From assembly GCF_009914755.1 (NCBI RefSeq), contig NC_060925.1: DNA of 64,000 nucleotides; one strand, written 5' to 3'. The notes beneath the pieces were generated by a model. That model was given only the letters and a program-made list of their open reading frames with translations, was not told where the DNA came from and made no database searches. Source of the DNA: the human T2T-CHM13v2.0 reference genome, Homo sapiens. The translations under genes were made by a program, and so were the position numbers. Below are positions 35,734-49,932 of the stretch, in pieces (position 1 is the stretch's first letter; each line of letters starts with the position of its first letter).

Positions 35734-36596
35734 TGTAGACACTGGCTCAGACACTGTGGTTGGGTCCTCACCTTGGGTTGGTCCCTCACTAGGACCCTCT
35801 TGGAGATGGATCTTGAGAGAGATGAGGAAGAGGCAGAGGGGGTGGTGGGAGGAGGGGGTCTGACGTCAGGGTCAAGAGGCAGATTGGTGCCCTCTGTATA
35901 GGGATGGTGGAGAGGTCATTGGGCTGGTTCTGTGGGGACTTTTGTAAGTTATCTCTTTAAACCTCAACTTCTCCATTTGTATTACCAGATTATGGCTTCC
36001 TAAAGTTGTTAAAGATTTTGTTAATCCTTTACCTGGTAAATGCCTGACATATAATAGGCGCTAAATCAGCCATTCAGTTCCTTCGTCACTGCTCCCACCT
36101 GCAGGCTGAGCCCCATTTCCACCGTGGATTTCTGACTAGTTCCCATGGGCATGCCGGCCGTGATGACTTTCCCCCTCACTTCCTTCTTCCTTTCCCTCCA
36201 ACACTGGCCTTGGTTGGAAGCTAGAGAGCCAGAGAGCTGTGGAGGAAGAATTCAGTGCAGGAAGCCCTACAACCTTGGTTAGAACAGAAGGGCAGAACAA
36301 ACAAATACTTGGTGTGTTTGTGACCCACCTTAGGCCTCTACTTCTCATGCATGTGAGTGCCTCAGTTTAGGCTGAACACTAGCCCAGGTGGTTTGCTTAC
36401 CTGGGAGAGGTTGTAGCCACTGGCCCAGACACTGTTGTTGGTCCTCACCTTGGGTTGGTCACTCACTAGGACCCTCTTGGACATGAATTTTGAGAGAGAT
36501 GAGGAAGAGGCGGGGGCGGTGGGAGGGGGGGTCTGACGTCAGGGTCAAGAGGCAGATTTGGTCCCCTCTATAGCGGTGCTGGAGAGGTCATTGGGC
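35734..36596 (+). repeat. Imperfect direct duplication (~190 bp copies at 35734-35924 and 36412-36596), each with TGACGTCA
   Basis: Manual alignment gives about 88-90% identity; CRE at 35861-35868 and 36534-36541. Confidence 0.9.
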
Positions 36597-36639
36597 ATGT
36601 CATGCAGTGGCTGCACAGTCAGTCCCAGCTCCCCTGCTT

Positions 36640-37050
36640 TCTTACCCTGGGACCTTCATTGACCTGAGCCTCAGCTTTTCCATTTGCAGAATGGGAGGAC
36701 TGTCACAGAACCCCATGTGGTTCTTTCAGGATTCTTGTCTGGATTCATTGAGCTCTAATACACATAAGTACTTAGTGCCAGCACTAATCATTTGCTGGTA
36801 TCACTCTTCCAGGATGACACCTACCACTCGGTGCTTAATAGGTGATAGGTACAGGCCTCAGCTCATTATAAGCATGAACTCCTTTTATCCTTATAACAAC
36901 TCTGTGCTGTAGGTACCGCTATTACCCCCATTTCAGGTGAGAAAACTGAGGTACAGCCAGGTTAAATAATTGTGCACTTACTAAGGGGTTGAGCTGGGAT
37001 TCAAACTCAGGCAGTTAGTCTGGAGTCCATGTTTTCTGTCACTATGCTGT
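36640..37050. mobile_element. MIR fragments
   Basis: CTGAGCCTCAG.TTT.CCATTTGCAGAATGGG; CCCCATTT.CAGGTGAGAAAACTGAGG; GAGCTGGGATTCAAACTCAGGCAG. Confidence 0.7.
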
Positions 37051-37578
37051 AGCAGTTATTAGTCATCACTTGGTAGTTGGAGCCCAGTGGACATGGAGAA
37101 GAGGCAAGTGAGAGGAGGTGGTCCTGCCCTCTCACTGTTCCAACTGTCGCCTGAGGACCTGCCACTATACCTAGGCTGGGGCTGCCCTGCTTGTCCGGGT
37201 GACCTGTGCTCCTAGAAGAGACTGGCCTTGGTCATAAAATGGACAGCTCCACTCCCAGGCCTGCGGCCCTCCCTGGTGGCCTTTGCCGCTTTCCTATGCT
37301 CCTGGCAGCAAAGTGGTTCATCTCTAGCAAGTGGTCTCTAACTTTCCCAGGCAGAGTCCCTGTCTACAGGGCAGGCTCCCTACCCACTGACTTCCTGGAA
37401 CAGAAGCCAAGCTGTCAGGAGGGAGGGACAAGCTGTGGGCTTATAACATTTTCTTAAGAAACACGTGGTGGTTTCTTGCCAGGCAGGAAGTGTTTGTTTC
37501 CACATCGTAGCCACCTGAACCATGTCTGATCCTTCCTTGTTCCTCGTCTGTCTCTCTTTGCACCCCAGGCACCCAGGC

Positions 37579-38205
37579 ATGTGGAATATGCTCATAGTGG
37601 CGATGTGCTTGGCCCTTCTGGGCTGCCTGCAAGCCCAGGAGCTCCAGGGACATGTCTCCATAATCCTGCTGGGAGCAACTGGGGACCTGGCTAAGAAGTA
37701 CTTATGGCAGGGACTGTTCCAGCTGTACCTGGATGAAGCGGGGAGGGGTCACAGTTTTAGCTTCCATGGAGCTGCTCTGACAGCCCCCAAGCAGGGTCAA
37801 GAGCTCATGGCCAAGGCCCTGGAATCCCTCTCCTGCCCCAAGGACATGGCACCCAGTCACTGTGCAGAGCACAAGGATCAGTTCCTGCAGCTGAGCCAGT
37901 ACCGCCAACTGAAGACGGCCGAGGACTATCAGGCCCTGAACAAGGACATCGAGGCACAGCTCCAGCACGCAGGCCTCCGGGAGGCTGGCAGGATCTTCTA
38001 CTTCTCAGTGCCACCCTTCGCCTATGAAGCCATTGCCCGCAACATCAACAGTAGCTGCCGGCCAGGCCCGGGCGCCTGGCTGCGGGTTGTCCTTGAGAAA
38101 CCCTTTGGCCATGACCACTTCTCAGCCCAGCAGCTGGCCACAGAACTCGGGACCTTTTTCCAGGAGGAGGAGATGTACCGGGTGGACCATTACTTAGGCA
38201 AGCAG
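37579..38205 (+). CDS. H6PD: H6PD exon 2 coding part (exon starts 37569): signal peptide and NADP-binding G6PD N-domain, codons 1-209
   Basis: Acceptor caccccag|G at 37568 and donor CAG|gtgagc at 38205. Hydrophobic MWNMLIVAMCLALLGCLQA leader; motifs GATGDLA, EKPFG and RVDHYLGKQ; sequon N157-S-S. Confidence 0.98.
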
Positions 38206-38295
38206 GTGAGCATCAGCATGGAGCCTGCCAGGGCTAGGGTGAGCTGGGCGCTGGTAGACCCCAGCAACAAAGCCGCTCGCTCATTGTGGAGCTAG

Positions 38296-38888
<593 letters not shown>

Positions 38889-39609
38889 CATCTACCTTTT
38901 TTCAAAATGTTTTTCTTCCTGAGTTCTGTTTTGAGCCAGAAGGTTGGCAACAAGAGCTTAAACCAGGGAGCAGTAGGACCTTAAGTCCTGGGCAGGAGCA
39001 TGGGTTAACCTCCTGGGTGACACATGTCCGTTGACCAGTTCACTCAAAATGCCTTGGAGGCCCTTGGGGGCATCCTGCCCCAGGAACCCTGGCAGAGAGT
39101 GCAGCAGCCCTGTGTTCTGGTACGTGGTGCGGGTGGGCATAGGCAGTTGTTGAGGACAGAGACATGGCCTTCCATCCCACCCTGCCTGGAGTTGCCCATA
39201 GTAGGATTCCTAAATAGGGGTCCTCAGAACTGGGCCAGTCCTGGGGAGGTTTTCACTTGTTTATGGCAAGATGAGAAGAAATACAGAATGTGCTCAATTC
39301 AGAGCTTTTCTTTGCTACATTTTTGGTGTTAAACCTATCTTTATTTTATTAAAAATTGATTGTAATAGAAGATAGGTAATTCTAACTTTTTTTCTTGGCA
39401 AAATACAAATCTGGTAACCCTTTGGAGGTCACTTGCAAGTTTTTGGAACCTTTACTGGCCTGTGAGATCGTGAAGTCCAGAACTACTGCTCAGAGGGCAT
39501 CTTCTGCTCTGAGCAGGGAATAGAAAGGTCAGAGCCCTTCCCGGGAGTCAGGGTTCCTCCTTCATCGTGAGAGTATCCTGCAGCACGCCCAGTCTTCCCC
39601 CCCCGACAG

Positions 39610-39727
39610 GCTGTGGCGCAGATCCTGCCTTTCCGAGACCAGAACCGCAAGGCTTTGGACGGCCTCTGGAACCGGCACCATGTGGAGCGGGTGGAGATCA
39701 TCATGAAAGAGACCGTGGATGCTGAAG
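39610..39727 (+). CDS. H6PD: H6PD exon 3 (AVAQILPFRDQN...KETVDAE)
   Basis: Acceptor cccgacag|G and donor G|gtgtgt; 118 nt, continues the frame. Homologous to the G6PD WNR..I..V.I..KE segment. Not recovered by the ORF track. Confidence 0.96.
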
Positions 39728-42700
39728 GTGTGTGAGTGGCCCTGCGCACTCGGTCCCCCAGCCTCTGCCTGCCCGCTGTCTGCGGTGAGGCATGGGGCGC
39801 TTCTCAGAGGGAGGTTTTCTGTGGGTGTGTGGTCTCCCTTCGAGCCTGCCGTGTGCCTAGCTCTGAACCGGGCTAAACCCCAGGGTGCCGGCTGGCAAAG
39901 CCCAAGTAGCCATTGCTGCCCATGAGGAGCGTATGGTCCAGAGAAGTAGGCCTGGCACAGAGGCGGGAAACCACTGGCACGCGGTAGAGGCTGGAGTCTC
40001 CCTGAGGTCCCCCAAGTTTTTGAGTGCGTGGAGACCATGGGAACTGCGTGAGGGCTTCCCCGACTGTGGTGCTTGCAGCCGTGGCGCCCCCTGCCTGGGG
40101 CACTCCCCCTCGCGTCCCCCTCACCTTCTGACCCCTCTCTCGCTTGTTAGTTCTCAGCTCCATGGCCCTCCAGGAAGACTTTCTGAGCCCTGCAGGCCCA
40201 CTCCCCTCACCCTCACGGCGCCACACACCTCCCTCCCCTGCCCTGCACAGTGTTACCCTTGCCTCGTCCTTGTCCACCCTGTCTCTTCTGCCAGCCTGTA
40301 GGCTCCAGGAGGACACCGCCTCTCCCGCACTGCCACACACCTCAGACACACTGAGTATACACCCGGGAGGCGGGGGCCCTGCGTCATGCCCACCGCTGCC
40401 TTCAGCTGGGTGGCCTCAGCATGTCACTCCTTGCAGCTGTGAGATGAGCATGTCCTGTCGGTGAGGACAGCTAAGGTCCCTTAGCTGGCATTCTGTGATG
40501 GTAGCAAAGTTTTGGAGCATTGACCGTGAAGATGTAAAGCACTGGCTCTTGCCCAGTAACGATAAGAGCTGAAGTTTACTGTGTCCCCAGTCCCCAGCCG
40601 CCAGGTGAGGTGGGCGCTGTTACTAGCCTCCTTACAGATGAAGATGGTGGCGAGCCCACAGCCCCACAGTAGAAGGCGGTGGAGCCTGATCCTGGGGGCA
40701 ACAGTCTGGCCCCAGCACTCAGGCCTGGCGCCGCCGCGCTGTGCTGCCAGCGCTGCGTCAGTGGCCAGCTCATCCCCGCGGCCGCTTTCTGCAGCTGCAG
40801 CGGGAGCACCCGAGGCCACTGCCCCCCCAGCCCCCGCAGTGCGTGCCCGCCACAGGGCAGGGCCCAGAGCCCTGGACCCAGGGATGGGCCAGGAGGTTTC
40901 TCCTCTTTTTCTCTCTCCCTTGCTCTTTCTCTGGGCCATTTTCTCTTTTTCTTTCCCCCGCCCCTTGGTTTCTCTTCAGCTGCTTCTCCCTTCCTCTCTG
41001 AATGTGTATTTAGTGCCAGAAGCTCTCTGCGGGGCCGAGGTGCCACAGTGAGGTACAAAACTCAGCCTCTCAGATATGGCTCCCTAATACTGCCCAGATT
41101 CACGGGTGCTGTGGGGGGTGATGATCTCATCACACTGGCTGGTGGGACAAACTCCAAAATGGAGCTGGGCGCAGTGGTACACCCGTAGTCCCAGCTACTC
41201 GGGGGCAGAGGCGGGAGGATCATTTGAGCTCAGTAGTTGGACACCAGCCTGGGGAGCATAGTGAGCCTCCGTCTCTGAAAAAGAAAACAAAATGGGTGAT
41301 GGGTGTTGCAGGCAGGCAGCGTGGTGGGGGGACAATGTGGGGGGTGGGCGGGAGGCCAGGCAGGACTTCCCAAGCCAGGCCTTGAAGGACATTGCTGGGT
41401 TCGAGAAGGCACTGGGTTTCTCTACTTCAGAACCCACAGCAGAAAAGAGGCCCTACCCCCTGCAGTGAGCCTTCATGGGTCTCAGGGAATCGTCCTCCAG
41501 CCCTTCCAAATTTCCCTCCCAGTCCTCAGCCAGGGCGCTGGCCGTGGGTTGCCCCCCGTGCCTGTCTGTGCCTGATCTCCCAGCAGGCACGTGTGCTGGG
41601 CCTATGCCTGCTTCATCTTCAGAGAAGTGAGCTGCACCTGGTGCAGAGAGCCTAGAGCAGAATTGGAGGGGGTCCTGCCCCTGCTGAAGCCAGCGGGCCG
41701 GCGCTTGCCCTTCTCTACCTGGACTTGGCCCCATCCCCAGCGAGGCTGGGAGACTCCTCTCCCCTTTCTGGCAACTCCTTCCTATCTCCGCCCTGGGCTG
41801 GGGAAGAGCCATGATGTCTGGAGTTACCTGTTGGTACTGTTGCCTCTTAGTTCTTCCAGCCCTCCCACCCTGTTTCCTTCTTGGTATGTGGTGTCATTTG
41901 TGGGTTGTTTGTAGGTCCCATGGAGCCAGGGACCAGGCAGATTGCAGGCCCGATTATCCTAGCAAAGGTACTTTTGGATTTTGAAGAAAGAAACACGGAA
42001 GATATGAAAGACAGACAGGTGGAGCTCTGGGCAGGTCTGTTTGCCGGGACAGTCTGAGGATGTTGGGTTTGAACAGCAACACAACAGCCTGGGCTGGCTG
42101 TCCTCAAGGTCCAGGAGGGAGAGGCACCTGGAGCCCTGTTGTCACAGCTGCAGGGACTAAAGGAGGCCCAGCCTTGCCTGCCATATGGGGCTCTAGGGGA
42201 GGGTCCGCCGCTCCTAAGCTCCAGAGTCCAAGGCCTTTAGTACAGCTGGGCCCTGTACCTTCAGCCCAGGGGCAAAGGGAGCCTCAGCGCAGGACAGGCA
42301 GTGGGAGATCCACTAGTCCTGGAGGCTTGCAGCCTGTCGCGGTGAGACCAGAGTGGGGCTAGTTCAGTCCACGTTCCTTGTCAGAGGTGGCCAGCAGGAC
42401 TGCAACTGTCCTGGGGTTTGGCCCTCACTGGTTGGCTTGTTTACCTGCCATTTACAAACAGGTCCTTGATAGCTCGTAGCAGGGAGGGACAGCCTGCTGC
42501 TGAGCCCAGCCCCCCAGCAAGTGGGCCTTGGACACAGGGTGCTTTGGCAACAGAATGAGCTTGCTTGCTGCCTCTCTCAATTTTGTGTGCCTGCGTGCCA
42601 GGGGACACATTCTTTCTGCATTCCAGGAAGGTGGCCTGGTACAGCCCTGCTGGCCCAAGCACTGCTCTGTGCTGTCCTCTCTGAGTCCTGCTTTGGAGCC

Positions 42701-42998
42701 AGTCCTTCAGGGGCCTCCCACCTGTGGTTCAGACTGGAAAGAGGGGACAGGCACCGCAGACCTGCAGCACACCCCAGCATGGCCAGGAGCCCTGTGCCCA
42801 GCACAGCAAGGCCTAGGCTGCCACTGCTGTCCCGGGTGAGGGCGGGAAACAGGCAGGAGTAAATGCTGCCTCCTACTGGAGCTTGGTGGACTTGGCAGGC
42901 GAGTGCTGCTGCAGTGGGGCTCAGCATGGGCAGAATGTTTCCAAGGCAGGATTCGGAGCCCGCGGTCTGACTGCTAATCAGAGGGGTCAAAGTGCACG

Positions 42999-43217
42999 GC
43001 AGGCCATTCTCCCCCACTCCCCACCCCACACACACCGCAGGCCATTCTCCCCCACTCCCTACCCCACACACACCGCAGGCCATTCTCCCCCACTCCCCAC
43101 CCTACACACACCGCAGGCCATTCTCCCCCACTCCCCACCCCACACACACCACAGGCCATTCTCTCCCACTCCCCACCCCACACATACCACAGGCCATTCT
43201 CCCTCACTCCCTACCCT
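42999..43217. repeat. 38-bp minisatellite, ~5.7 copies (GCAGGCCATTCTCCCCCACTCCCCACCCCACACACACC)
   Basis: Units start at 42999, 43037, 43075, 43113, 43151 and 43189. Confidence 0.95.
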
Positions 43218-44081
43218 GTCCTCTGCCCTGCCAAGGGTTCTGGTGGATCCCAGCTGCTCTCCACCCCTGCAGTGGTGCAACCCTAGCTGACTCCTAGGCA
43301 GGAGTGGCACCTGCGTAACCGAAGCCAGCACCCTGAGTGCTGGGAAGGGAGGGGCTGCAAGCCAGGCCTGGGAAATGGAGCATTCCCGGTCCAGAGCTGC
43401 TGCAGGCCCCGGGAAAGGGACTTCTGAGCTGCAAGGTCGTTTGGATGTCTTCCCCCACCCGCATCACACACATCTAAGTGGGTGGAAGCCGGCTTCCCCG
43501 GCTCCCTCCCCTCCATCCTCCATGCTGGGTGAGTGTTGTTTTTTTTTCCTGCTGCAGCCTCTGGCCCAGAGGAGTTTGCTGCAGAGTCAAGGCTGCTGCA
43601 CAGGCCGGAGGGGGTGGGGAGGAGGAAAGGAAGACGCGATCTGGTTCCCAGCTCCCTCTCAGCCTGACCTGGGGTGCTCCTCCTGTGCGTCCCAGTCCGT
43701 GAGCCCCTGAGAGTCACAGCCCCCCTGGGTACCCTGGCTGGGGTCTCGAAGCAGCATGGGCCATAAAAGGAGAGTCACTGAGCCTCCTTCATCCCAGAGA
43801 TGACCCTGGCTGGCCCTCATCATGGCATCGGGAGGGCTCTGCAGACAGGCGGGCCCATGTGATTAATGGGCTGTGTTCAGCTGTCTGGGTCCGGCTGCCT
43901 TTTCTGTCGGGAGTGCTGGAATTGGAACTGAGGTCTTGGCACCTCAGAGCCTGAGCCTCTAACCACTGAGCTCCACAGCCTCCCCAGCTGGCCAGGCCCT
44001 CAGCAGTTGGCCTCCCTGCTGGAACGCACTCAGGGCCAGTCTCCTTGCTGCCCTAGTTTCCCCTCTGTGTAGAAGGCCTGC

Positions 44082-44082
<1 letters not shown>

Positions 44083-44118
<36 letters not shown>
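44083..44118. repeat. (GTT)12 microsatellite
   Basis: Direct read. Confidence 0.95.
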
Positions 44119-46112
44119 AGAAAGAAGGAGGGAGACTTCCTGAGGACATCACTGCTGGGAGGGTCCCTGTCCTGACATGGGGGAAAGGAGCCTGATGCTT
44201 GCCCACCTCTGAGGGCTGGAGTGACCGTTCAGTGCCTCTCACCGAGGGACCAGGGCATCCAGGGTCCTTCCAGGCACACACCAGCTGTCCCGCCTTCCAG
44301 CCTGGTGTGCCAGAAGGGGCCAGGAGCTCACTCAGCAGGGCCGGTTCCCCTTCCCGCCCCCTCTGCAGAGCTGTCTGCAAGGTGAGCCCAGGGCAGCTGC
44401 CGGATCTCCTGTCCAGAGAGAGCACCAGCAAGCACACTGTGCTCTCCTTGGCCCTCACCTCTTTTTATTTTTAGTAATCCCAGAAGGTGTTGATGGGGAT
44501 TGCAGCTGGCTCTTAGTTGTCTTTTTTTTTTTTTTTTAATCTATTTTTGTTGAGAAAACCTGGATTTCCCACAATGTGGAAGCAACGAGGAAGGGGTTTC
44601 TGGTCCCGGTTCTGAAGGCTGTGACCTTCAGCGCACATCTATACAATGCTGATAGCCCCGGCACCTCTCTCTCTCGGGTAGTTCTAAGGATTAAATCAGA
44701 TAATGCACACGGAAATACGTTACAAATGGAAGTGTTGTTGTTCTTCCAAGTTTGCAAGGAGAGGCAGCGGCAGTGTTCTTGCAGTGTGTCTGAGTTCCAC
44801 GTGACTTATATTGGATTATTATATAAATCCTGTAATTGATCTGTCATACTTTTATGTCCATTCTTTATGTCATATTTCTCTCTCACATATACATACACAG
44901 TTGTATACATACTTAAATCTCTATGTATTAGCAGTCTGCACAACATATACCTTTTAATATTTATATTTCTGTTCAGTTCTGTTCATACCACAGAATATGT
45001 GTTATAAACTCTTTTATTAAGCTTTTTGGTTGTTTCTAGTTTTTTGCTATTTTATTATTATTATCTTGGAGTCTTGTTATGTTACCCAGGCTGGTCTTGA
45101 ACGCCTGGTCTCAAGTGATCCTCTCTTGCTTTAACCTCCCAAATAGCTGAGACTACAGGAGTGCCCCACCTCCCCGGCTTCTATCTTAGATGGTACTTTG
45201 TGAGCTTTTTTTAAAATTGAGATACAATGCACATACCACAAAATTTACGCTTTTAAAATATAAAATTAAGTGGTTTTTAGTATATTTACAAAGTTATGCA
45301 ACTACTATCTAATTCGAGAACATTTATGAGCATTTTAAAAAACATATTCCCTTTAAGTATATACTTCGGCAGTAGAATGACGGGGCCAAAGGGGAGAAGT
45401 GCTTTCTAGCTGTTACTCTCTGTTATGAGTCTGAGCAGCACAGCTGGCGGGCACAGCCATGGCCCCCCTGCTTTGTCATCCTCTGACCTTGGACGAGCTC
45501 TGGATGTGCACAGGTGGGAGCCAAGTTTACAGGGGGTCTTTCCTCCCAGTGTCCACCCTGGTTGTGCTTTTCTCTATCCTTTTCATATACTGATGGGTTT
45601 CAACCCTCAACTTTCAACCCGGGAAAATACACTAGGAGCCAATATAGATCATTTTTAGGAGAAATCAGTCCACAATAACGGGCAGTAACTAGAAAAGATC
45701 AACATCAGCAGGAGGGCCAGCCCCTCGCCTCCTGTCCTTGCACTCAGCTGCATGGCCTCTTCCCAGGGAGGTGCCAGGCCACAGTCCCAGTCACTGCATT
45801 AAACTCTGAAAAGACGGAGCCAACCAGGCAAAGTCCATAAATCTACAGGCCGTGTTAAACACAGGCGCACCCCCTGAAGCTTGAAATTAAGGAATAAAGG
45901 AAGCTCTCTTTTACCCAGCAGGTAGTAAACCCGTGGAATGCATTCTTTTTGAGAATTGAGAGAGGATAAAAATAGGAAAGGGGCCGCTTAGGGATTCGCT
46001 ACATTAATGAATAGTAAGCAGATAACAGGGCTTTTAGGGACTCTGTTGTGTTCCCTTCATCAAAAATTCATCTGTTTTTAAAGCTTTAAGTATGCTGTTG
46101 ACATATAAATCC

Positions 46113-46282
46113 ACTGTAATTCATTGATTGGAAGACATTTTTTTCATATTTGGACGTCTCTGAAGTTGGGTTTATCCTTAATAGGGTGACATAGTGGAAC
46201 TGGAAACCCTTTTCTTTCTTAGGGGTTATAAAACAGCGATGCTTCCGCCACTGATGGCATTTCAGGTTTGATGAAATCCAGT
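46113..46282. mobile_element. MER104/Kanga-like Tc2 MITE
   Basis: Degenerate TIRs CTGTAATTCATTGA ... TTGATGAAATCCAG; internal CATTTTTTTCA.ATTT..AC.TCTCTGAA. Confidence 0.55.
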
Positions 46283-46791
46283 TTATCTCCAGTGTGCGTT
46301 GTCTCCCCAGGCCCTAGTTTATACCTCCAGCCGCCTTTTAGATCATTTCATGGGGTGTTGCACCATCCCTTCAGATTCAGCAGATTTAGAATGAAAACCA
46401 TCACTGCATTTTTCTCATGAAATACCAACTGTGTTTTCTAACCTCTTTATTTCAAATGGGAACAGTGCTCTCTGAGTGACCAGGCTGGTAGCCCTTCTCT
46501 TACAGCATCTGTCATAAGAAAAATTCCAACCAGTCTTTATCAGTGTTTCCTGTGTGCTAGCCACTGTTCCAAGCCCTGTGTGGATATTAACTCCTTCAGG
46601 CCCACAGAAGCCCTGTAAGGGAGGTGCGGGGATTGTTGCTTGTTCGTATGTGAGGTGATGTCAGTTGCTGGAGATCACAGGGCTGAAAGATGGCAGAGCC
46701 GGTATTTAAACCGGGGCAGGCTGGGCACGGGGGCTTATACCTGTAATCCCAGCACTTTGGGAGGCCGAGACGGGTGGATCACTTGAGGTCA

Positions 46792-47079
<288 letters not shown>

Positions 47080-47906
47080 TCACAGCTCTGTACCACCATT
47101 CAAGGATCCAGCCAGTCACCAAGTAGTTTGTATTCATCTGCTATAATAACTTCTTTGCAGTTCACTGTGACTTCGTTCCCTCCTACCTTTGTTACTTCCT
47201 TTGATGGCAGCAAAGGCTGCCTCACTGATTTCACTACCACCAGTCCCATCCTGTTCATCTTGGAGGTCGCAGACAGCTTCATCTTCCTGAAGTACCTCTT
47301 TCGTGCTTCTGCTTCCCTGTTCTAAAACCTTTTTTAAAAAGTTTTATTGAGCTGTAACTCACAAATCCTACTACACTTTACCCAGTTAAGGTGGACAGGC
47401 CAGTGAGCTTTCGTGTATTCACAGAGTTGTGTGTCAGTACCACAATCAATTTTAGGACATGTTCATCACGGCAAAGGAAGCCCTGTACCCCTTCGTTGTC
47501 ATCCCACAATTTCCCCCTCTCCCCAGCTCCTGGCAACCACAGAAATGCATTCTCTCTGCGGGGTTGCCTGTTCTGGATATTTTGTACATATAGGATCATA
47601 CGGTGTGTGGTTTCCATCAGTTAGCATCCTGAGTTCAGAGTTCACCCATGTTCTAGCATGTACCAGCACTTCATTTCTTTTTACTGCTGAATAATATCTT
47701 ATTGTATAGATATACCATAATTTATCCAGTCACCAGTTAGTGGACATTTGGGTTGCCTCTACTTTTTGGCTGTTATATATAATGCTGCAATGAGCATTCA
47801 TGTACAAGCTTTTGTGTGGACCTGCATTTTTATTTCTCTTGAGTATAAACCCAGGAGTGGGGTTGCTGGAGGATCATGACTCTGTTTAACTGTTTGAGGC
47901 CAATAA

Positions 47907-48134
<228 letters not shown>

Positions 48135-49803
48135 TAGGCTGGTCTTGAACTCCTGGACTCAGGAGATCTGCCCACCTCAGCCTCCCAAAGTGCTGGGATT
48201 ACAAGCATAAGCCACTGTGCCAGGCCTTAGGTCCCTTTCAAATGCAAGATATTCCTGATTTTCCTGTTCTATTATTGCAGGGGAAGGGAAGAATTGTCTT
48301 TTTACATTCTCCCGAAAAGGAGAATTGGAAGATTTGGTCACCCTGGGCCCACACTCCTGTGAGGCACCACCTGAATGCACCTGAGGTACTTAACTGTACC
48401 TCTGAGGGACACCAGCCTTACTCCATCCTTTTTGCTTTTGCTGGCCCCGGTAGGCATTGGAATCTCTGAGCTTTGCCCTAGACCCCTCCTTCCAGAAGCT
48501 CAGCCGGCTTCTTCATTGTGCTCTGTTTCTAAAGGCCAGTGGTGCCCACGCCACTCAACTTCACACCGTTCTGTTGTAGGGTTGAAGAGTGGGTAATTAA
48601 AAGGGAAATGTTTTGGTGGTAAGAATTGCAGGCTCTGGGTCGAACTGCCTGGGTTTGAAGCTATTTTTACCTCTTTACCAGCTGTGTGTGACCTTGGGTA
48701 AGTTATCCAACCTCTCTGAACTTCAGGTTCCTTATATTTTAAAATAGGGGAAATAGAGGGGCCTCCTTATATGTTGTTATTCTGAGGATAAATGGACTGA
48801 TCCACAAACATTGCTGGCATCAGTTTCTCTTTTTCTGGATGTCTTCTCAACAATAGCACAAGAACTTGAAGGCCACAACACTACAGAGCTGGGGGATCTC
48901 AGCCATTGTTTTCCCAGTGGAGACCACTCTTGGCATTTTGGTTGGCACAGTTGGGCTGGACTTCCTGCTCATTTCAAGGTTTAGTATCCCTGGACAGAGC
49001 TGCACCCTCTAGCTCCTGGTTGTTATGGCCGGGGACAGAGTGCCTTCCTACGAGTGGCTGCCGGCTTCATTTCTTGCCCCCCAACACTGGTGCTGCTGTC
49101 GGGAATGGCATATCGGGCTGGATTCAGGGCAGGTTGTTCCCCCAGCCATGACCTGGACATGCTTGCTGTCTGGTTGGCCCGAGAGTGCACACCACCAACC
49201 TGGTCAGGGCAGGTGCCCAGGACTGGCGCCATGGACCCAGAGTGGCTGCTGGGAGGGGAGCATGCTGGGCTCAGCAGGCCTGAACTTAGGATCTGCTGCT
49301 TTTTGTCTGTTGGAATTAAATGTTAACTAGATACTAGGTAAATTTAAAGTTTACAGAATGCATGGAAGAGATACAGAACTATGGTATAAGAAACGGGGAT
49401 GCACCTACCACCCGTTTTTAAAAAAGAATTTGATTCTCCTGCGTGTCCCTCCCCACGTTCTGACCTATTTCCTCATCTTACACTTCCAAATTGTGGATAG
49501 ATTATTCCCTCGCTTCTCTTTCTGTTTCCATGCACGCCTGGTTCCCTAAACAACCTGTTGTTTAATTTTGAACAAGAGTCATCCTGTATGTGTCCGAGCA
49601 TGGATCTTTTTGTCTCTGTGTCCAGCATTTGGGAGAATCGCCTCAGCTCTGTCTTCTGCTAGCTGACTCTTTACAGCTGTTTCTCATCTGTAAGGCCCAT
49701 CTACTGAATTTCTAGTTTCCAATTATATTTTTCATTTATTGAAGTTCTGTTTATTTTGGTCACTTTATATCCTGTTTTCTTTTTCTTTCTTTTTTTTTTT
49801 TGA

Positions 49804-49932
<129 letters not shown>

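Noticed and set aside
40570-41190. GC-rich intron 3 patch with overlapping 150-170 aa ORFs
   Set aside because: No homology, codon logic or convincing splice pair; likely a composition effect.
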